Sequence record: PV029745.1
DNA length: 64,000 nt
Direction: 5' to 3' (one strand)
The position numbers were made by a program, and so were the translations under genes. Below, one piece after another: positions 36,677 to 46,098 of the stretch (the first letter of the stretch is position 1; every line of letters starts with the position of its first letter). The notes beneath the pieces are model-generated. The model did no database searches. It was not told where the DNA came from and saw nothing but the letters and a program-made list of their open reading frames with translations.

Positions 36677-37188
36677 TTGAATTCGTACCATCCGTTAATG
36701 ATCAGATCAAGATCCTTCCAGAACAACTGAGAGAATTCATCGAAGGTATCTGCGTTCTCCAGTCCATCGAGATCAACGTCAGGAGACTTAACGAAACTCA
36801 TACCAGTTTCGGGATAGATATCTGTGATGACCCTAGTACTGTTGTCAGAGTAATCACGGGTGAATGTGGTTACCGAATGGTCAGTAAAAAGAGCGACACA
36901 GATATCACCTTTATGATTCCCCAGCTCATCGGTAAGAGCATCGATGATATCGACATCGATGATATTTCCACCAAAGTCAAGAATTTTTAGACGATTACGG
37001 ACAAGTTCATTTGCTGCCCAATCGCCAGACTGGATAACCAAAAGCTTCGCGGTTTCACCGCGATAGGTTACAAGATCTTCCTCGCCTTCTCGCCGCATAC
37101 CCCAGTCGAAACGGATGTCCGTATCTTCATTGGCTTTATCACGTGCGATGATTACACCCTGCTTACCATAAACTACGATATGTTTCAT
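36673..37188 (-). CDS. Hypothetical protein (possible degenerate Ntn fold)
   Basis: MKHIVVYGKQGVIIARD N-terminus; AAGGA SD. Confidence 0.7.
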   Translation of the reverse strand: MKHIVVYGKQGVIIARDKANEDTDIRFDWGMRREGEEDLVTYRGETAKLLVIQSGDWAANELVRNRLKILDFGGNIIDVDIIDALTDELGNHKGDICVALFTDHSVTTFTRDYSDNSTRVITDIYPETGMSFVKSPDVDLDGLENADTFDEFSQLFWKDLDLIINGWYEFK

Positions 37189-37205
37189 TTGTATATTCCT
37201 TTTGG

Positions 37206-37586
37206 TTAATTGAAACGGCTATATTCAACCCACCACTCTTCGTCACGAATGTGAAGAGTAGTACACAGGTCGATGATTGCATCGAAAAGCAGAACAGTCG
37301 TTGGATTGCGTCCAATAAACTGACGTTGGAAAGAAGTGAAGATAGCGATGATGTTATCGCCGTCTTCTGTGTCAAACAAGATCTGATCATGAACAAGAGA
37401 CATGCCATAGAAATCAATCTTAGACAATGCCTCTAGAAGAACTTCCATGCGAGTGAGGGCGGTATTCAGTTCGAATACAATCAGCGGACTGCAACCACGA
37501 TCCTTATGGTGATGCATGCGATGTTTGGAGATACGTTCGACGATAAGCCGGGGAAGACCTTGTACATCTACGAGTTTACGTTTCAT
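37206..37586 (-). CDS. Hypothetical protein
   Basis: GAGGA SD. Confidence 0.7.
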   Translation of the reverse strand: MKRKLVDVQGLPRLIVERISKHRMHHHKDRGCSPLIVFELNTALTRMEVLLEALSKIDFYGMSLVHDQILFDTEDGDNIIAIFTSFQRQFIGRNPTTVLLFDAIIDLCTTLHIRDEEWWVEYSRFN

Positions 37587-37614
37587 TTTTGATTTTCCTC
37601 TTTACGAAATAGAA

Positions 37615-37632
37615 GCCCTCCCGAAGGAGGGC
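37615..37632 (-). terminator. Intrinsic terminator with UUCG loop
   Basis: GCCCTCCCGAAGGAGGGC. Confidence 0.75.
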
Positions 37633-37642
37633 AATTATGTTG

Positions 37643-38122
37643 TTACAGGTTGATAACGGTTACGAACTCGAATACACGACAGAGTTCTTCGTCACGATAA
37701 GCTTGACGGAAAGGTTTACCTTCTTTACCACAATACGGGAAGAACAGTTTACGATGCTCCGTATCGCCAAACCAGAAGGTAGTGGTATTGGAATCGATGA
37801 TCCCGTGTGTAGCCACATCCCGGATGTTCTGGAATACATGGACCACTTTGTCGGCGATAACGCGAAGTTCCACACCATGCTCGGTCATCATGGCCAGAAT
37901 GTCTTCACGACTGTAGTCGGTCCGTTCGTTGTTGGTCATGATCTCGTGAACCAGAGAACGCTTCTCTTTGTCACCGAAGCAGATGCATACCAGATGAACA
38001 GAAGCACCTTCGATCTTCATGCCATTGATAGGTTTAAACAGAACAATGTTCTCGTATTTGAAATCGTTGGTGACGATCAATACCGAACTATCACGTACAG
38101 CGATACCCAGGCTATAGGCCAT
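37643..38122 (-). CDS. Hypothetical protein (possible degenerate Ntn fold)
   Basis: GAGGA SD; CFGDKE and VIADKVVHVF match 22494-23171. Confidence 0.7.
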   Translation of the reverse strand: MAYSLGIAVRDSSVLIVTNDFKYENIVLFKPINGMKIEGASVHLVCICFGDKEKRSLVHEIMTNNERTDYSREDILAMMTEHGVELRVIADKVVHVFQNIRDVATHGIIDSNTTTFWFGDTEHRKLFFPYCGKEGKPFRQAYRDEELCRVFEFVTVINL

Positions 38123-38125
38123 GAC

Positions 38126-38485
38126 TTATTCCTCTTTAGCGATTGAAATAGTTGTACTTGCCGCAATCTCATGATCGCGGAGATACACAAGTTTAACTTT
38201 GTAATTACCCGGAGTTTCACCCATTGCCAGGATCAACTTAGGTAGGTCAGGTTGAGTGGTTACATGTGCCAGCATAAGCTGAGCTGTTTTGAAGTCTTTC
38301 CACCGGACCAACTCCTCATTAACATAAGAAGTGACCCATTCAGCGATCTTCTCACCGCGCTTTCGAACGAACCACAAAAGATCCCGACCATCTTCGGTCG
38401 AGACCTTCATGTAGTACGGCGATTGAACGGGGAGCATCAGGTTACGAATATTATTCGCTCCCGATGTATCCCAGTTAAATACCAT
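38126..38485 (-). CDS. Hypothetical protein
   Basis: GAGG SD. Confidence 0.7.
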   Translation of the reverse strand: MVFNWDTSGANNIRNLMLPVQSPYYMKVSTEDGRDLLWFVRKRGEKIAEWVTSYVNEELVRWKDFKTAQLMLAHVTTQPDLPKLILAMGETPGNYKVKLVYLRDHEIAASTTISIAKEE

Positions 38486-38492
38486 GCTTACC

Positions 38493-38723
38493 TCACAGAC
38501 TTGGTAGAGGGAACGCCGGATTTACACGGATATCAGTTTCAGTGACATACACGTAATTGATGGTGGTTTCATCTCGACGAATACCATACATCAATGGAGC
38601 TTTTGCCGGATCGACTACCATGATTCGACCCGGTTGATCTGCTTCCATATAGATCTCACCTTTGGCATTCTTTACCTGATTATTGGTGAGAATGAACGTA
38701 CCACATTTGAATTTCTTTTCCAT
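38493..38723 (-). CDS. Small beta-rich hypothetical protein
   Basis: GAGG SD. Confidence 0.65.
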   Translation of the reverse strand: MEKKFKCGTFILTNNQVKNAKGEIYMEADQPGRIMVVDPAKAPLMYGIRRDETTINYVYVTETDIRVNPAFPLPSL

Positions 38724-38730
38724 GTTTACC

Positions 38731-39375
38731 TCAATTCAACCAACGGTTATCGGTATCAGCGAAACGTGCAGATGCACGATGCGGGTAACCGTAAGGGATT
38801 TGCGGGAGGATAGGTTGATCGATGAGATTAGAAGGATAACCTTCTTCATCAGGGAAATACCCATCCAGGGAGTAAATCAATTGCACTACACGTACACGGT
38901 CGGAGTTCGGTCCATAAAAACGGCCGCAGTTCAAACCAACTCCATGCATGAACTGTTCGGAGTCAATAGGAATGAACCGATAGTAGTAGCGAAGATTTTT
39001 GGTCGACAACAGCTTTTCGTTCAGATAGTCTGCCCAGTCTCCAGCGTTGTACAGATCCCGTTCCTCAATATCAACAGTATCTGCGGCTACAGCAGCTGCA
39101 CGGAAAATGTCACGCACGTAGTCTTTTTCAGTAAGACCCATGGTAACAAATTCAGGTAACCCGGTTCGACCAAGACCAATGGTGAAACGTGCTTGCGGCA
39201 GTTCGTCAGCACGACGTGTATAAATAACGTAGTCATTACCTTCGAATTGATTAACAATCGCCTTCTGGATATCTGCTACCTTTTGTTCGAGTACATGCGA
39301 CATCTCGAATACAGGGTTGTTCGGTTGAATGGCCATACCAGATACAGTTCCTGCAACATCAACTACATTAGACAT
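38731..39375 (-). CDS. DUF4262-domain protein
   Basis: FTIGLGRTGLPEFVTMGL and VVQLIY...GYFPDEEGY...QPIL motifs. Confidence 0.7.
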   Translation of the reverse strand: MSNVVDVAGTVSGMAIQPNNPVFEMSHVLEQKVADIQKAIVNQFEGNDYVIYTRRADELPQARFTIGLGRTGLPEFVTMGLTEKDYVRDIFRAAAVAADTVDIEERDLYNAGDWADYLNEKLLSTKNLRYYYRFIPIDSEQFMHGVGLNCGRFYGPNSDRVRVVQLIYSLDGYFPDEEGYPSNLIDQPILPQIPYGYPHRASARFADTDNRWLN

Positions 39376-39412
39376 GTTCGCTCCTAAGGGAATAAAGAGG
39401 ACCCGAAGGTCC

Positions 39413-39772
39413 TCAATTGAGTAACAGATAGCTATACTGCGTTTCTTTTAGGGCGATCCGAATGCGACCTTCGATTTGTTTGGCTTCTGCTTGACTTGCA
39501 GGAAACTCCAACAATTCCAGATCGCTGTTTTCTGGATCACCTTCCATCAATCGATTCATCTTAGGCCAAGGGCTAGCTTGTCCTTTAATGCGTGCGATCA
39601 ATTGGTCTACATCTTTAGAGACTGTTTTACTTCGCCCCATGACGAACTTACCGGTCCCAAGATGGACAATGCAGTACAACCCATTCGTTACAACATCTTT
39701 ACGTTTCCCCCTACCCCAGATAGTCGAAGACCATTTGTTGTATTGGGTTTCACCATGGAATGCCTGTTGCAT
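39413..39772 (-). CDS. GIY-YIG-like protein
   Basis: NGLYCIVHLGTGKFVMGRS...E...I resembles the GIY-YIG catalytic domain. Confidence 0.5.
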   Translation of the reverse strand: MQQAFHGETQYNKWSSTIWGRGKRKDVVTNGLYCIVHLGTGKFVMGRSKTVSKDVDQLIARIKGQASPWPKMNRLMEGDPENSDLELLEFPASQAEAKQIEGRIRIALKETQYSYLLLN

Positions 39773-39816
39773 TTCAAAATCCTTGCTAAATGACTATTAC
39801 ATTTAGCAGCCCAGTA

Positions 39817-40341
39817 TTACTTGTGGTATTCTGGGAAGAGCAGACGGGATTCTTCTCGGTATGTAACAACAAGCGATTCCAGCTTACTGAGAATCTCAGC
39901 CATGTTGAGATACGCATCTCGGCTAGCTTTATGTTGCTCATACATAGGATCGAATACACCAATCGATTCCATTTCGGAGTCGAGTTGAATGGCTTTGTCC
40001 AATGCCTCGTCAGAAATCATAAAGATCTGACGACCTTCCATCGCCACCTTCAATTGCATTTCGAGGATACGGTTGTAACCTTTGCGGAAGAACTCGGGGC
40101 TACCATCATATCCTCGTGCAACAGCACGGCGGAAAAGTTCAGGATCGACTGGGATATCAGTAGCTACCCCATTATGAGGTCCGACCACGAATCGACGTCC
40201 GCAGCTATCTACACCGATAAACAGTGTAGTGCCTTCCATTTCTTTTTCGAGGGTAAGTACCCAGCCAGGATGATAGGTTACATTCGGATTATCCTGCGTG
40301 CGCAGTGTGGTAGTTGTATAGAACTGATCACCTACTTTCAT
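39817..40341 (-). CDS. Hypothetical protein
   Basis: AGGA SD. Confidence 0.72.
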   Translation of the reverse strand: MKVGDQFYTTTTLRTQDNPNVTYHPGWVLTLEKEMEGTTLFIGVDSCGRRFVVGPHNGVATDIPVDPELFRRAVARGYDGSPEFFRKGYNRILEMQLKVAMEGRQIFMISDEALDKAIQLDSEMESIGVFDPMYEQHKASRDAYLNMAEILSKLESLVVTYREESRLLFPEYHK

Positions 40342-40355
40342 TTTCGAATCCTCTA

Positions 40356-40553
40356 TTAATGAATGACAATCTGACTACGGGAGGCATAGAACGATACAGC
40401 TTCAGGATCACTCGATAGAACAACCTCGTAAGTGTCCCCGCTTACCTTACGAATGATCTTGAGTTCATCACCTTTATTTGCCATTATTAAACCAGGCCCA
40501 CTATCACTAACGTTGGCAGTGATGTTTTCCAGAGCAGTAGCTTTAACACTCAT
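40356..40553 (-). CDS. Small SH3-like hypothetical protein
   Basis: ANKGDELKII...YEV; GAGGA SD. Confidence 0.62.
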   Translation of the reverse strand: MSVKATALENITANVSDSGPGLIMANKGDELKIIRKVSGDTYEVVLSSDPEAVSFYASRSQIVIH

Positions 40554-40584
40554 GGTTTATTCCTCTTGATCGAGATAACTATGT

Positions 40585-40884
40585 TTATTTGCCATAGTCG
40601 TTGAATGTATCTTCCATCTCACTAAATGGGATGGTTTCAATCTGATTGAAATTATCATGGTTGATTACCCGGAAACCACCAGCTGGATTATCTACATCCT
40701 CACAAATGATTTCAAGGTCATCACCTTCATTGGCATACTTTGTTTCGGTATAACCTTTTTCTCTATCAGTACGGGTAATAAAGATATCCCTGGCCGCCTG
40801 CAATACCATGCCTTTAACGACATCGTTCTTTGCCAGGTTAGCACTAAGTTTCATTGTATCACTAATGAGAGTACTGAAGTTCAT
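40585..40884 (-). CDS. Hypothetical protein, SH3-like
   Basis: YANEGDDLEII...FRV, similar to 40356-40553. Confidence 0.65.
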   Translation of the reverse strand: MNFSTLISDTMKLSANLAKNDVVKGMVLQAARDIFITRTDREKGYTETKYANEGDDLEIICEDVDNPAGGFRVINHDNFNQIETIPFSEMEDTFNDYGK

Positions 40885-40994
40885 TTCTTTTTACCTTTCG
40901 CTTTATCTGTCACTACATCTTTACGCTCTCTCCATTTTTGGTCGAGTATCGTGTTGATGATATATTTTTGTTTACTTGTTGTAACTTGTTGCAT
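40881..40994 (-). CDS. Very small basic protein (37 aa, not in the ORF track)
   Basis: MQQVTTSKQK...KGKKK; TAAAATG and ATGA coupling on both sides. Confidence 0.45.
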   Translation of the reverse strand: MQQVTTSKQKYIINTILDQKWRERKDVVTDKAKGKKK

Positions 40995-40995
40995 T

Positions 40996-41352
40996 TTACA
41001 CCGTTGAAGCAATTACAGCGACAGAGATTAGTTCACGTTGGAAACGATTTGCATCGGGCCAATTCAGAGTGTGATTTGCATGTGCATTGATCTCACCCGT
41101 GGAACGATCAACCCAAACAGTGAGGTAACGGCGATCCCGTCCCTCGAAGATACAGTTTACAACAAACAGACGTTCATCGTTTGCGTTATCCCTCAGTTCA
41201 GCTTTGAAGTCGAAACGATTGTTGAAAGCATCAACGATAGCATTCGTTGCAGCTTCGGTCGTTACACCAGCCTTATGTTGTTGATCGTAATAAATACGCA
41301 TGACGCTAGTTACAGCCGCATTACGTGATTCACGGATCAGTATATCTTTCAT
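40996..41352 (-). CDS. Hypothetical early protein
   Basis: First gene after the early promoter at 41379. Confidence 0.7.
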   Translation of the reverse strand: MKDILIRESRNAAVTSVMRIYYDQQHKAGVTTEAATNAIVDAFNNRFDFKAELRDNANDERLFVVNCIFEGRDRRYLTVWVDRSTGEINAHANHTLNWPDANRFQRELISVAVIASTV

Positions 41353-41378
41353 TACATGTTCCCCGGTTGACCAAGCTT

Positions 41379-41400
41379 GTAATATAGGCTTTTAAAACAA
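41379..41400 (-). promoter_or_regulatory. phiKZ-type early promoter
   Basis: Minus strand TTTTAAAAGCCTATATTAC. Confidence 0.7.
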
Positions 41401-41419
41401 TTGAATGTAACGACATAAT

Positions 41420-41439
41420 GCTCTCCCCGAAGGGAGAGC
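41420..41439 (-). terminator. Intrinsic terminator with UUCG loop
   Basis: GCTCTCCCCGAAGGGAGAGC. Confidence 0.78.
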
Positions 41440-41445
41440 TCTATG

Positions 41446-41886
41446 TTAAGCCACCAGAGAGAACTTAACTCCGATAATCGGAGATTCCCGATCGATCTTG
41501 ATCACAGCACGACCAGTAACACCATCGACTTCGAAGGTAGTTCCCCACCGCAGTCCATCCATCTTGGATACCATACCAAAACGGAAAAGACCATCGCGAC
41601 GAATTTCGATAGGATCGTGTTCGGTGACTTTGTGGAATAGAATATTATCACCCGAATCAACGTAGGCGACTTCTTCAATCTTCAGTTTACGAATGTCTTC
41701 ATCACCACCACAGAGTGCAAAGATATTGAACGTGGAATCCACCTTCACATAACTAGACAGAACCGAACCAACACCTTCTATATCAACCCGATAAACAGGC
41801 ATACGTAAATGTTGTGCGAAGTGCTTATCGCTCTTACCCATTTGGTAAAGCGGTACACGGATAGAACTAGAGACTTTCTCAGTCAT
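41446..41886 (-). CDS. Hypothetical protein
   Basis: GGAG SD, TGATG coupling. Confidence 0.7.
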   Translation of the reverse strand: MTEKVSSSIRVPLYQMGKSDKHFAQHLRMPVYRVDIEGVGSVLSSYVKVDSTFNIFALCGGDEDIRKLKIEEVAYVDSGDNILFHKVTEHDPIEIRRDGLFRFGMVSKMDGLRWGTTFEVDGVTGRAVIKIDRESPIIGVKFSLVA

Positions 41887-42263
41887 CAGTATTCTCCAAA
41901 TTTGAAATTGAAGCTAATGGGTTTATCAGATCGCGTTCTAATGACTCGAACAAATTCATTCAATGAAGTTTCAATGACATAATAGAACGAGGACTGATAT
42001 ATCAAATCTTCCCTATAGCGTTGATCTAGTATAACCATGTCATTAGAAAGATAGACATAAAATGTCGAATCTAAGCTATCGACCACAACAGGATTCGAAC
42101 AGACCGGAGTCGTTTTTATACCGTCATGTGAGTATCCTACTACTTCTATATTCACGCGCTTATTATTCACTACAAGAGGACGATGAATAATAATCATTAC
42201 CCAAGCTAGTAGTAATGCAGTCATGAATAATAGAAAAGATAACTCAATGAGAGTTTTATCCAT
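41886..42263 (-). CDS. Membrane-anchored hypothetical protein
   Basis: N-terminal TM helix; start chosen from GGAG SD. Confidence 0.68.
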   Translation of the reverse strand: MDKTLIELSFLLFMTALLLAWVMIIIHRPLVVNNKRVNIEVVGYSHDGIKTTPVCSNPVVVDSLDSTFYVYLSNDMVILDQRYREDLIYQSSFYYVIETSLNEFVRVIRTRSDKPISFNFKFGEY

Positions 42264-42277
42264 ACGGAATCTCCGTG

Positions 42278-42670
42278 TTAGATTGTCCTCCAATCAATAA
42301 CGTTATTGTTACCCTTCAAATCGAATTCCTCGAATTTATAAGCACCACCGCCTCTTAACCAGACTTGGTGATATTTGAAGTACAGGGTATCAGCATCGTT
42401 GGAGATTAAATCTATCTCCAGATTGGTAAGGTTTTTGTGGTAGGTCACTTCACCATTTCTAACTACAACATAGAACTGGTTCCTACCATCACGCAGCCCA
42501 TAGCAATTACCTTTATTTTTAATTGGTATTTTGCGACTCACTACACCTCGGACATGTAGTACATTTACGACGAAATGTTTCCTGATCCTAAATACAAAAC
42601 GAACGACTGTATAAGCAAGTGCAATTACAGCAACTATGATGCATAAGTTAACCAGTGTTTCAATAAACAT
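42278..42670 (-). CDS. Membrane-anchored hypothetical protein
   Basis: N-terminal TM helix; GAGG SD; architecture like 41886-42263. Confidence 0.68.
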   Translation of the reverse strand: MFIETLVNLCIIVAVIALAYTVVRFVFRIRKHFVVNVLHVRGVVSRKIPIKNKGNCYGLRDGRNQFYVVVRNGEVTYHKNLTNLEIDLISNDADTLYFKYHQVWLRGGGAYKFEEFDLKGNNNVIDWRTI

Positions 42671-42678
42671 TGATAACC

Positions 42679-42939
42679 TCATTGAATATTAAGTTGGCGT
42701 GCAAGACCATGGTTAGATGGGATTTCAACCACATCAAGATCAATGTTGTCTTTCACCCGATAAACCCGTTCTAGAACACCACTCATATTGCATTCGAAAC
42801 GAAGACCCGAGTCAGGATGAATTCCTAGTGACACCCAACTGGTATCATCATCCAGCGAAAACGTAAACTTGTTTTGAGTTTCCATTTTCTGTACCAGCCA
42901 TTCGCCTTCGTTTTTTACCAGTTTGATGTTAGAATTCAT
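42679..42939 (-). CDS. Hypothetical protein
   Basis: GGAG SD. Confidence 0.65.
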   Translation of the reverse strand: MNSNIKLVKNEGEWLVQKMETQNKFTFSLDDDTSWVSLGIHPDSGLRFECNMSGVLERVYRVKDNIDLDVVEIPSNHGLARQLNIQ

Positions 42940-42941
42940 GT

Positions 42942-43364
42942 CTATTCTCCGGGTAATTTTACGACCTTATAAACAGACTGACCATTGTCATGTGTCTCAT
43001 TAGTCGTATGTTCATCTAAATAGAGATAAGCTATCTGCACAGCTTTGCTAATGGTATCGGCCCAGATGCACAAGGTTTTAGTTCGATATGTTTGTTTTTC
43101 CCACGAGTACTTTTTAGGTTCTTTGTAGGTAAGCTCGATGCTAAGCGATACGAATTGCTTCGTAGCCTTAGCGGATTCAAACATAGTCTTCTGGTCTTCA
43201 TCAGACACCAAGAGTTTATTGGCATCGATGAAGGATCCATAATAGCAACTACGGCCACATAGCATTTGTGTCAGAGTGGCCTTTCCATTATAATGGCGAG
43301 GCTCTATCTCTACACGCCAACTCCAGTCCAATAACTTCTTTATCTTTTCGTCGAGTTCAGTCAT
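42942..43364 (-). CDS. Hypothetical protein
   Basis: TAATG coupling. Confidence 0.7.
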   Translation of the reverse strand: MTELDEKIKKLLDWSWRVEIEPRHYNGKATLTQMLCGRSCYYGSFIDANKLLVSDEDQKTMFESAKATKQFVSLSIELTYKEPKKYSWEKQTYRTKTLCIWADTISKAVQIAYLYLDEHTTNETHDNGQSVYKVVKLPGE

Positions 43365-43720
43365 TATGGCATCTCAAATTGAATGGTGACCATAGATTTT
43401 TCAGGGTTGTATTCGATGTAAGGGTTGACATAACCCAAACGGAAAAGCCATTGCCGGAGTTCTTGATAGTCTGCCATGTTCCACGGCATACTGCCCATAC
43501 TGACGCGATAGACCAGACCTTTAGTGTGGTCATAGAGTTTCCAGTTCTCCGGTTCCAATACACCAGACCGAATAATAATGCGCGTTTGATCAACGACATT
43601 GAACATTTCTGGATTAGCTTCGCGTACCTTACGGAATGCTTCAGAAGCCTTACTCGTGTTGTCGAAGAGAGACAACGACTCGGGGAGTGAACCCCAACCT
43701 TGTTTAACTTGCATTTTCAA
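43364..43720 (-). CDS. Hypothetical protein
   Basis: 118 aa, co-oriented. Confidence 0.68.
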   Translation of the reverse strand: MKMQVKQGWGSLPESLSLFDNTSKASEAFRKVREANPEMFNVVDQTRIIIRSGVLEPENWKLYDHTKGLVYRVSMGSMPWNMADYQELRQWLFRLGYVNPYIEYNPEKSMVTIQFEMP

Positions 43721-43768
43721 GACCCTAAAGAAAAATGTATAGAAAGGGGACCCGAAGGTCCCCTGTCA

Positions 43769-44242
43769 TTAGTTCAGAGAAGTGCGATGAGCGTACTCGA
43801 AGGTATCGACACCATCAACCATGTTGAACACAGCGATGATCGCGCTCATGGGTTTCTTACCCATGTTGAAGTGCACGATGAAGCTGTCTTTGTAACACTC
43901 GATGGAACGAATGCCATAAACGACATTGATGCGATCGATTTGGTTACGAATAACCAGCGCTTCCTCATCGGTCATATTTTCGATGTAGTTCTCGATCAGC
44001 TGGAACACCCGCTCATCGCCCAGGATCAGATTTTTACGTTCGACTTCCACCGGAGCGAAGGTCAGTAGGTGAGGCATGAATTCCGGAAGAGCCTCCACGT
44101 TGAACAACAGCTTGTCGTCCATCAGAGGAGTTGCACGATACAGATCCGACAGGACGATATTACCACCCACGATCTCGATTTTGTTTTCTTGAGCCAGAGT
44201 GGAAGCGAGGCGGCGATCAGCAGTATTATTAGAACCGAACAT
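43769..44242 (-). CDS. Hypothetical protein
   Basis: AAGGA SD; followed by a terminator at about 43745-43763. Confidence 0.72.
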   Translation of the reverse strand: MFGSNNTADRRLASTLAQENKIEIVGGNIVLSDLYRATPLMDDKLLFNVEALPEFMPHLLTFAPVEVERKNLILGDERVFQLIENYIENMTDEEALVIRNQIDRINVVYGIRSIECYKDSFIVHFNMGKKPMSAIIAVFNMVDGVDTFEYAHRTSLN

Positions 44243-44284
44243 TACATTTTCCTTTTTAGTTAATCAGTAGATTGGGATTCCGGG

Positions 44285-44860
44285 TTAGACTTCCCAGGTG
44301 TCTTTCCAGCGAGTTACAGGAAGTTGGAACATCTCACAGAGTTTAGTTACTGCACGATGTTCCAGGTTATTTTCTGGATGGAATGTGATGGGGCTCATCG
44401 AACAACCCCAGTCAACACGACAGCCAGTTTCTTTATGGATTTCACTGAGAGCGGTATAAGAACCACTGCCATCATCGTAACCCATTTTGTACGGGTTAAC
44501 GCAGATCTGGGTATTACGCTTCATCAGAACCTTATCAACTTCAATCGACAAGAGTCGGACGAATTCGTTGGTTTTCTCGATGTCATCAACCCAGAATTCC
44601 AGAAGGATCCATTTTCCACGTGGGTCATTATGACCGCCTTGGAAGAATACACTGAAACCTTGTTTTGCTTGATAGAACGGAGAGGACATCAGGTTACATG
44701 TAACAACCCGATGAACAGCTTCCCATACACGCTCGGTGACATAGTCACCATAGAGTTCAATGCATGGACCACGACCAGGGAAACTTTCCTTTTCAGCGAA
44801 TTTGAGTTCGAACATGTTATTCTCCCGAGCGATAGCGGTTGTAACGAACCCAGTTTCCAT
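44285..44860 (-). CDS. Hypothetical protein
   Basis: Start approximate. Confidence 0.7.
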   Translation of the reverse strand: METGFVTTAIARENNMFELKFAEKESFPGRGPCIELYGDYVTERVWEAVHRVVTCNLMSSPFYQAKQGFSVFFQGGHNDPRGKWILLEFWVDDIEKTNEFVRLLSIEVDKVLMKRNTQICVNPYKMGYDDGSGSYTALSEIHKETGCRVDWGCSMSPITFHPENNLEHRAVTKLCEMFQLPVTRWKDTWEV

Positions 44861-45209
44861 CACCCGGCCGCTGGAATTCAATGGTATCCATCATGTGGTA
44901 ACCGAAGTGTTCGATGATCCACAGAGCTACTTGCTTGGAACGCTTCATGCCCATTTCACAATGGACAACGATATTTTCGCCATTACAGGCTTTCACCCAT
45001 TCGACGAGCTCTGCATTACGGCTATTGATGGGATTATCGAATCCATCAATCTCGAAGACATTGACACCGTCAGCGATACCGTAATTATCAGCACGGTTGT
45101 ATTCGATACTGATCAGATTGGTACCGGGATTAACGGCACACCCAACACCACGAGGAACATGGATAACGCCTTTACGCTTACGAGTAACCTTTACAGATAC
45201 GATGCTCAT
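44817..45209 (-). CDS. Protein-tyrosine / dual-specificity phosphatase-like protein
   Basis: IVVHCEMGMKRS = HCxxGxxRS (CX5R) P-loop. Confidence 0.7.
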   Translation of the reverse strand: MSIVSVKVTRKRKGVIHVPRGVGCAVNPGTNLISIEYNRADNYGIADGVNVFEIDGFDNPINSRNAELVEWVKACNGENIVVHCEMGMKRSKQVALWIIEHFGYHMMDTIEFQRPGDGNWVRYNRYRSGE

Positions 45210-45442
45210 TTGGAATCAACCTCTCGCAGTGCTTGAATCAGTTTTTCTTTGGCTTCTACGCTGGAACCCCAGCATTCGATCACGTCGTAGCCGTGCCCAT
45301 CTTTCTTCATGAAAGCACGTGCATCATGTCCGAGTTTACCAGCCACATGCATGTTGTAAGCCTGGAAGCGCTCGGGAGTCATGGTAACCGGATCCAGATG
45401 GATGATGGTAACCATATCGTTCAGGATGTTGTAAGTCAGCAT
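45206..45442 (-). CDS. Hypothetical protein
   Basis: AAGGA SD, ATGA overlap. Confidence 0.65.
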   Translation of the reverse strand: MLTYNILNDMVTIIHLDPVTMTPERFQAYNMHVAGKLGHDARAFMKKDGHGYDVIECWGSSVEAKEKLIQALREVDSK

Positions 45443-45456
45443 TTTGAATTTTCCTT

Positions 45457-46062
45457 TTAAATATTAGTGGTGTAGTGGCGAACGACACTATGTGTACGCT
45501 CTGCGGTTTTTCGGAGAACACTGAAGTTAACGACATCATGATCGTTGAAAACTCCAGTTTTGATGATTTCGGTTACGGACGCCATCTCGCATGCGAGTCC
45601 AAGGCGAGCGATAATCATGTCAGCATGTCCAAGATTATTGAAGTTACATGCCTTGCTGATATCCGATGTGAAGTGAAGAGAATTGGGATCATCTCCAACA
45701 GTGAGAAACACAAATTTGTTCCCAGCCGAGATCTCGATGATAAGTTCATCATCACCGTTTTTGTCTTCCAGTAGCTCATAAAGCTCATGGTATTTGATGC
45801 ACCCTTGTACCCGCCCGAGTTCGATCTCGGTGTTACCATACCAGGTAGCTTTAGCGAGTTGCATGAAATTCATCGCGGAATAGAAATCCACGAACACAGC
45901 ACCGTAACGACGAACATCGTTTACATCGAAATCTTTAGCTAGTTGATTATGGACGATGAACACAGGTACGTTAAAAATGAAATCAACGTACAGGTGAAGC
46001 TCACATGCAGACGGAATACCGTCGATGGTATTGCTCAGAATTTCTTTTCGCAATTGTTTCAT
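45457..46062 (-). CDS. Hypothetical early protein
   Basis: First gene after the tandem early promoters. Confidence 0.72.
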   Translation of the reverse strand: MKQLRKEILSNTIDGIPSACELHLYVDFIFNVPVFIVHNQLAKDFDVNDVRRYGAVFVDFYSAMNFMQLAKATWYGNTEIELGRVQGCIKYHELYELLEDKNGDDELIIEISAGNKFVFLTVGDDPNSLHFTSDISKACNFNNLGHADMIIARLGLACEMASVTEIIKTGVFNDHDVVNFSVLRKTAERTHSVVRHYTTNI

Positions 46063-46098
46063 TGTACTATCCTTTTTACATGGTGGAATATCACATTT

